From Psychrobacter sp. HD31 (GTDB taxonomy: Bacteria > Pseudomonadota > Gammaproteobacteria > Pseudomonadales > Moraxellaceae), in NCBI RefSeq assembly GCF_051097895.1, contig NZ_CP142525.1:1770001-1802000 (forward strand): a stretch of 32,000 nucleotides of DNA, written 5' to 3'. Shown here piece by piece: positions 27,096-32,000 of this stretch (positions are counted from its first letter, which is position 1; each line of letters begins with the position of its first letter). The position numbers and the translations under genes are program-made. The notes under the pieces are model-generated. The model made no database searches, was not told where the DNA came from, and saw only the letters and a list, made by a program, of their open reading frames with translations.

Positions 27096-27545
27096 ATGAA
27101 ATCAAGGTTTGCAAAAAAATCTTTAGAGACGTGGCTTGCCGAATATGCAGTTAGCCACCAAAACCCAATTAACAAAAAAATCCATTGGTTGTGCGTACCA
27201 GTTATCTTTGCCTCAATTTTGGGTATGCTGTGGTCCACAACAGGTTGGTTTACTTTGGTTGTGATGATGCTGGTTGCCTTGTTTTATTTGGGGCTTTCTA
27301 CTCAATTATTTGTGGCGATGGGCATGTTTATGTTAATTTGTCTCGCTGTTATTGCAACCATGCCAGTTGGCTTTAAGTTTTGGGCAGGCTTGTTTGTTAT
27401 AGCATGGATAGGGCAGTTTGTTGGGCATAAAATAGAAGGGGCAAAACCTTCATTTTTTGAAGATTTACAGTTTTTGTTAATTGGTCCTGCGTGGGTTGCT
27501 GTCACTTTAACTGGTAAAACTTTTAAGCCTGTGGCTGCCACATAA
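27096..27545 (+). CDS. DUF962 (Mpo1-like) membrane protein
   Basis: 149 aa. HQNPINKKIHWLCVPVIF and GHKIEGAKPSFFEDLQFLLIGP match the DUF962/YGL010w-like family as I recall it. AAGGAG lies 6 nt upstream of the start. Confidence 0.75.
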   Translation: MKSRFAKKSLETWLAEYAVSHQNPINKKIHWLCVPVIFASILGMLWSTTGWFTLVVMMLVALFYLGLSTQLFVAMGMFMLICLAVIATMPVGFKFWAGLFVIAWIGQFVGHKIEGAKPSFFEDLQFLLIGPAWVAVTLTGKTFKPVAAT

Positions 27546-27617
27546 AAAATTGCTTTATAAACCTTTTTGTTAAACCAATGGCACTAAATTACTATTTGGT
27601 GTGATTGTTTTATATAT

Positions 27618-27635
27618 CAAATACACATGTATTTG
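27618..27635. promoter_or_regulatory. Perfect palindrome, candidate TetR autoregulatory operator
   Basis: CAAATACA-CA-TGTATTTG has 8-bp perfect arms. It ends 13 nt upstream of the TetR ATG at 27649. Confidence 0.45.
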
Positions 27636-27648
27636 CTTGGAACACACT

Positions 27649-28230
27649 ATGACCAACCTTTCTACAAACTCTGATGATAAAAAAATCCGCATTATGGCAG
27701 CAACCATAGATTTAGTTGCCGAAAATGGTATCCATGCCACACCGATGTCTAAAGTGAGTAAACGTGCGAATGTGGCAGCGGGAACAATTTATCACTATTT
27801 TGAAAACAAAGATGCCTTAATACGTGAAATTTATGTTTGTATCCACAATGCTAATATTGATGCCTTGTTAGAAATTGATGATATAAATGCCGATTATAAA
27901 ACCCGATTTATTAATTTTTGGCATGCATTTTATAAACGTTTGTTGATTAAAGGACAGCTGTCTTTTCTTGAACAATGTGCCGTATCACCATTAATTGACG
28001 AGCAAACTTTAGAAACCATTGATGCCTATGCAAAGCCGATGACAGACTTTATGACTATGGGTAAGCAGAATAATTACATTAAGACATTACCGGATGAGTT
28101 GATATATAAATTAACCTTCGGGACCATCGCAAGTACAGCCAAGCTTGTCATTAGTGATCATGTGGAACTTCCGCCAGCGGCGTTAGAGCAAGCGGCACTG
28201 TTTTGTTGGGATGGCATAAAAGCAACCTAA
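27649..28230 (+). CDS. TetR/AcrR-family transcriptional regulator
   Basis: The N-terminal HTH region IRIMAATIDLVAENGIHATPMSKVSKRANVAAGTIYHYFENKDALI is a canonical TetR_N. The start is trimmed from the 27601 GTG to the ATG at 27649. Confidence 0.85.
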   Translation: MTNLSTNSDDKKIRIMAATIDLVAENGIHATPMSKVSKRANVAAGTIYHYFENKDALIREIYVCIHNANIDALLEIDDINADYKTRFINFWHAFYKRLLIKGQLSFLEQCAVSPLIDEQTLETIDAYAKPMTDFMTMGKQNNYIKTLPDELIYKLTFGTIASTAKLVISDHVELPPAALEQAALFCWDGIKAT

Positions 28231-28450
28231 TGTATAACAGGTGAGATATTTTGATAAAAAATATGTCACGTTTACGTTTTTAATTAAATGAACAGTCAAT
28301 CATAAATGACTAAGGTTTCAAAAAGCGCCTCTAACAAATTTAACAGTGACATCAAAAATCACTGACATAACATTAACAAGCAAGACCCTATTTTTACGTC
28401 GATAGTCTCTTGTGATTTTGTAAAAGACGTGAATGAAGATGGAGAATGAT

Positions 28451-28750
28451 ATGAGTTTTTCAAATTATGGTTTTATTATGAAAGATGCCGCTTATAGCCA
28501 GCCAAAAAAATCAGAACTAAAAGTTGACGGATTTATTACCACGGTATATTGCGTTGGCAATAACGAAGTTGCCGGCAAAGCTGCGAATGATATGGCAGAT
28601 GCTGGTGCCCAATTGGTTGAGTTGTGTGGTGCATTTAATGAAGATGACGTGAAAGAAATCATTGACGCAGTTAATGGCAAAACAGCCATTGGTTTTGCAA
28701 GCATGAGTGAAGATCAACTTAATCTATTTTTATCAAAAATAAACGCTTAA
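28451..28750 (+). CDS. Small acidic hypothetical protein (~99 aa)
   Basis: The ATG at 28451 has GGAGA 5 nt upstream. There is no TM segment or signal peptide. A strong terminator follows. I recognise no motif. Confidence 0.55.
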   Translation: MSFSNYGFIMKDAAYSQPKKSELKVDGFITTVYCVGNNEVAGKAANDMADAGAQLVELCGAFNEDDVKEIIDAVNGKTAIGFASMSEDQLNLFLSKINA

Positions 28751-28766
28751 AAGTTTATAAAACCAT

Positions 28767-28800
28767 AAAACGCAAAGTCTAGGGCTTTGCGTTTTTTATT
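28767..28800 (+). terminator. Rho-independent terminator
   Basis: AAAACGCAAAG-TCTAGGG-CTTTGCGTTTTTTATTTTT. The stem is perfect and is followed by a T-run. Confidence 0.8.
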
Positions 28801-28868
28801 TTTGGTATAAGCAATTTTACGGCTTATTGAGCAAAATTAATGTTATTAAGATATGATGTGAAATAAAG

Positions 28869-28887
28869 ATATAGTTTAAAACTATAT
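28869..28887. promoter_or_regulatory. Perfect 9-1-9 palindrome upstream of the DUF1852 gene (candidate operator)
   Basis: ATATAGTTT-A-AAACTATAT lies 94 nt upstream of the ATG at 28981. It contains a T-N11-A core of the kind bound by LysR-type regulators. Confidence 0.3.
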
Positions 28888-28980
28888 TAAGGCATAAAAA
28901 TAAAGTCTTATGCATACCCTTTTTCTATTGATAAAATCTCATCCCACAAACAGACAGCAACAAATTTAGTGAGATAAAAA

Positions 28981-29967
28981 ATGACAACGGCAACTAACGA
29001 CTTTAAATTTACGCTTAATAGCATTGTTTTTGATGAAAACTATGTACCTAAAGACAGCACCCGTACAACGACTAACTTTGCAAACTTAGCAAGGGGTGAA
29101 AGCCGTGAACAAAACTTACGCAATACCATCAATATGGTTAACAGTCGTTTTAATGCACTCGCCAGTTGGGATAACCCAAATGCTGACCGTTATTCTGTTG
29201 AGCTAGAAATTGTATCGGTTGATATGGATGTTAATGAGCATGATGCGTCGTTTCCATCAATTGAAGTGTTAAAAACTTACGTTATTGACCACACAACTGG
29301 CAAACGTATCGAAGGCATTGTTGGTAATAATTTCTCATCTTATGTACGTGATTATGACTTTAGTGTGCGTTTACTTGACCATAATAAAGGCAAAGCAGAA
29401 TTTAGCATTCCTGATGACTTTGGTGACTTACATGGTAAATTGTTCCAACATTTTATTAAATCAGAAACCTATAAAAATAACTTTAACAAATTACCTGTTA
29501 TCTGTTTAAGTGTGTCTGATAACAAAACCTATTATCGTACCAATAACCAGCATCCTATTTTAGGGGTGGAGTATGAGCCAAATGAGTCTTCATTAACAGA
29601 GCAGTATTTCCAGAAGATGGGCTTTCAGGTTCGTTACTTTATGCCACCAAACAGTACGGCACCATTTGCTTTCTATTTCTTTGGTGACTTAGTGAATGAT
29701 TACACTAATCTTGAATTGATTAGCACCATTAGTACGATGGAAACTTTCCAAAAGATTTATCGTCCTGAAATATACAATGCCAATGCACAAGCAGGGCACT
29801 GCTACAAGCCAAGCTTAAAAAATGCCAACCATTCATTAACACAAATTGTTTATGACCGAGAAGAGCGTACGCAATTAGCAATTACACAAGGCAAGTTTGC
29901 CGAAGAGCATTTTATTAAGCCGTATCATGACCTGCTTGAGCAATGGTCAGCTAACTATGCAGCTTAA
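28981..29967 (+). CDS. DUF1852-domain protein (MesX-type partner of the core methionine synthase)
   Basis: 328 aa. Blocks TTNFANLARGE, NFSSYVRDYDFSV, VRYFMPPNS and ELISTISTMETFQKIYRPEIYNAN match DUF1852 as recalled. It lies immediately upstream of a short MetE-like gene, the family's characteristic context. Confidence 0.8.
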   Translation: MTTATNDFKFTLNSIVFDENYVPKDSTRTTTNFANLARGESREQNLRNTINMVNSRFNALASWDNPNADRYSVELEIVSVDMDVNEHDASFPSIEVLKTYVIDHTTGKRIEGIVGNNFSSYVRDYDFSVRLLDHNKGKAEFSIPDDFGDLHGKLFQHFIKSETYKNNFNKLPVICLSVSDNKTYYRTNNQHPILGVEYEPNESSLTEQYFQKMGFQVRYFMPPNSTAPFAFYFFGDLVNDYTNLELISTISTMETFQKIYRPEIYNANAQAGHCYKPSLKNANHSLTQIVYDREERTQLAITQGKFAEEHFIKPYHDLLEQWSANYAA

Positions 29968-30122
29968 TTAAGTTATGTGGCATTATCATTTTTATGATGC
30001 ATTTAATACAAACAATCATATTTTAATATTTAATACGCTAATCATTTAAAAATAGGCTGGGACTCGTTCTCAGCCTATCTAATTTGAGCGTTTTAATATC
30101 TTACAAACTATAGGGAATTATC

Positions 30123-31151
30123 ATGGCACTATTACTACCCACATCTACCGCAGGCAGTTTACCAAAACCATCTTGGTTGGCAACACCAGAAACACTTTGG
30201 TCACCTTGGAAGCTAGAAGGCGATGAGCTAATTGAAGCCAAACAAGATGCTTTGCGAGTAACTTTACAAGAGCAAGACCTAGCTGGCATTGATATTGTGA
30301 GCGATGGCGAACAAACGCGACAGCATTTTGTGACCACTTTTATTGAACATTTAAGTGGCGTTGACTTTGAAAACCGTAAAACCGTTAAAATCCGTAACCG
30401 TTATGACGCAAGTGTGCCTGTGGTCGTCGATGAAGTCGCTAGAAAGCAATCAGTATTTGTTGAAGATGCAAAATTTTTACGCTCACAGACTGACAAACCT
30501 ATTAAATGGGCATTGCCTGGTCCTATGACTATGGTAGATACCTTGTATGATGACCATTACAAAAGCCGTGAAAAACTGGCGTGGGAATTTGCTAAAATTT
30601 TGAATGAAGAATGTAAAGAATTACAAGCGGCAGGCGTCGACATCATTCAATTTGATGAACCAGCATTCAATGTCTTTTTTGATGATGTTGATGAATGGGG
30701 CATCAAGGCATTAGAAAGAGCCATTGAAGGGCTAGAGTGTGAAACTGCGGTACATATTTGTTATGGTTATGGCATTAAAGCAAATAATGACTGGAAAAAA
30801 ACTCTTGGCAATGAGTGGCGACAGTATGAAAACCTGTTCCCTCAATTACAAGCATCTAACATTGACCTTATATCGTTAGAGTGTCATAACTCATTAGTAC
30901 CAATGGACTTGCTAGAGCTGTTACGAGGCAAAAAACTGATGGTTGGTGCGATTGATGTTTCAAGCAATGAAGTAGAAACCCCAGAAGAAGTTGCCGATAC
31001 CTTGCGTAAAGCACTTCAGTTTGTTGATGCGGATAAACTGTATCCTTGTACTAACTGTGGCATGACACCACTGACTCGTCAAGCATCTAGAGCGAAACTT
31101 GAAGCTTTGGCAAAAGGCACACAAATCATTCGTAATGAGTTAGCGGGCTAA
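30123..31151 (+). CDS. Core (folate-domain-less) MetE-like methionine synthase, MesD-type
   Basis: 342 aa, corresponding only to the MetE C-terminal catalytic barrel. The N-terminus LLPTSTAGSLPKPSWL is present. Zn-ligand pattern is H-x-C (AVHICYGY), E (SLECH) and C (CTNCGM). Adjacent to DUF1852. Confidence 0.85.
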   Translation: MALLLPTSTAGSLPKPSWLATPETLWSPWKLEGDELIEAKQDALRVTLQEQDLAGIDIVSDGEQTRQHFVTTFIEHLSGVDFENRKTVKIRNRYDASVPVVVDEVARKQSVFVEDAKFLRSQTDKPIKWALPGPMTMVDTLYDDHYKSREKLAWEFAKILNEECKELQAAGVDIIQFDEPAFNVFFDDVDEWGIKALERAIEGLECETAVHICYGYGIKANNDWKKTLGNEWRQYENLFPQLQASNIDLISLECHNSLVPMDLLELLRGKKLMVGAIDVSSNEVETPEEVADTLRKALQFVDADKLYPCTNCGMTPLTRQASRAKLEALAKGTQIIRNELAG

Positions 31152-31297
31152 CATTCATTACTATTTTTTATAAAAGGATTGCATTCTTTGCTTGATTGAT
31201 TGCGTTAATTTTTTAATACGTTATTATAGTCGAGCAAAGCAATCTACTTGTAATCAATGAGATATATTAATCACACTTCAATTTAATCGAACTCACT

Positions 31298-32000
31298 ATG
31301 GATATTTTTATTTTATATTATATTGCCGCAGGGGCATTTGCAGGCTTTTTGGCGGGTCTGTTTGGCATTGGCGGTGGCATGGTCATCGTATCGGCTTTAA
31401 TTTATATTTTTTCGGCACAAGGCGTACCTGCAGAAGCACTTACCCATGTTGCCGTCGGTACTTCGCTTGCGACCATTATTGTTACCTCTATCAGCTCATT
31501 GCGTGCGCATAATAGCCATGGTGCGGTTAATTGGTCTGTATGGAAGCGCATGGCACCAGGTTTGGTTATTGGGTCATTGCTGGGTGCTGGTGTGGCATCA
31601 CTCATACAGGGCAACTCTTTACAAGCTGTGATTGGTGTTGGTGCATTTTTGGTCGGTCTAAAAATGCTGTTTATGAAAAACAAAGCACTGGAAGAAAATG
31701 ACTTTAGCAAACTGCCTTCTCCTGTTGGTCAAACCGCTTTAGGTGGCTTTATTGGGGTGATATCTGCCATTTTTGGTATTGGTGGTGGTACGCTTACTGT
31801 GCCGTTTTTAAGTAAGTTTGGTCTTAAAATCCAGCATGCGGTTGGTACATCAGCTGCTTGTGGCTTCCCGATTGCGGTGGCTGGGGCAATTGGTTTTATG
31901 CTGTTTGGTCAGCTGGTTGATGACAGTGTAAAACAAGCACTGCCAGCGGGGGTGTTTGGCTTTGTCCATTTATATGCGTTTATTTGTGTGAGTTGTGCCA
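31298..32000 (+). CDS. TSUP (TauE/SafE, DUF81) family membrane transporter, 3'-truncated by the window edge
   Basis: Not in the supplied ORF track because it is open to the window end. My translation from the ATG at 31298 is MDIFILYYIAAGAFAGFLAGLFGIGGGMVIV...ISAIFGIGGGTLTVPFL... This is the duplicated GIGGG-containing 4-TM repeat typical of TSUP permeases. Confidence 0.85.
   Translation, partial: MDIFILYYIAAGAFAGFLAGLFGIGGGMVIVSALIYIFSAQGVPAEALTHVAVGTSLATIIVTSISSLRAHNSHGAVNWSVWKRMAPGLVIGSLLGAGVASLIQGNSLQAVIGVGAFLVGLKMLFMKNKALEENDFSKLPSPVGQTALGGFIGVISAIFGIGGGTLTVPFLSKFGLKIQHAVGTSAACGFPIAVAGAIGFMLFGQLVDDSVKQALPAGVFGFVHLYAFICVSCA

Noticed and set aside
1-32000. I looked for CRISPR arrays, rRNA, IS elements, transposases, integrases, toxin-antitoxin pairs and prophage genes.
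   Set aside because: No regularly spaced direct repeats and no DDE, tyrosine- or serine-recombinase motifs appear in any supplied ORF. No small adjacent two-gene modules of TA type are visible.

Overview
The window looks like a chromosomal segment of an A+T-rich gammaproteobacterium. The gene content and an MboI-type restriction cassette suggest Moraxellaceae (Moraxella-like), but I cannot confirm that without a database search. All protein calls rest on motifs read from the supplied translations and compared with family sequences from memory.

Most of the window is housekeeping:
- ccmABCDE (cytochrome c maturation)
- a short-form SbmA/BacA peptide transporter
- parC, fadD, rph and bioB
- tRNA-Ser(GCU) plus tRNA-Arg(ACG)
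- pyrE-gshB, psd and dtd
- phoB-phoR with a Pho box upstream
- a PspC-domain gene, a DUF962 gene and a TetR regulator

Items worth a second look:
1. A three-gene DpnII/MboI-type GATC restriction-modification cassette (methylase, endonuclease, methylase). It is very A+T-rich and abuts the 3' end of ccmE.
2. An orphan 806-809-aa HerA/FtsK-like P-loop ATPase with a long uncharacterised coiled-coil C-terminal half. This is my best candidate for an undescribed function.
3. A DUF1852 gene next to a core MetE-like gene. This is the MesX/MesD folate- and B12-independent, O2-dependent methionine synthase pair, whose methyl donor is still unknown.
4. A strongly A+T-rich insert between gshB and psd. It encodes a secreted protein that resembles a free-standing alpha-lytic-protease-type pro-domain.
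5. A kinase-fold protein with the catalytic-loop Asp replaced.
6. Two uncharacterised envelope proteins that interrupt the classical rph-pyrE linkage.

I saw no rRNA, CRISPR array, transposase or integrase.
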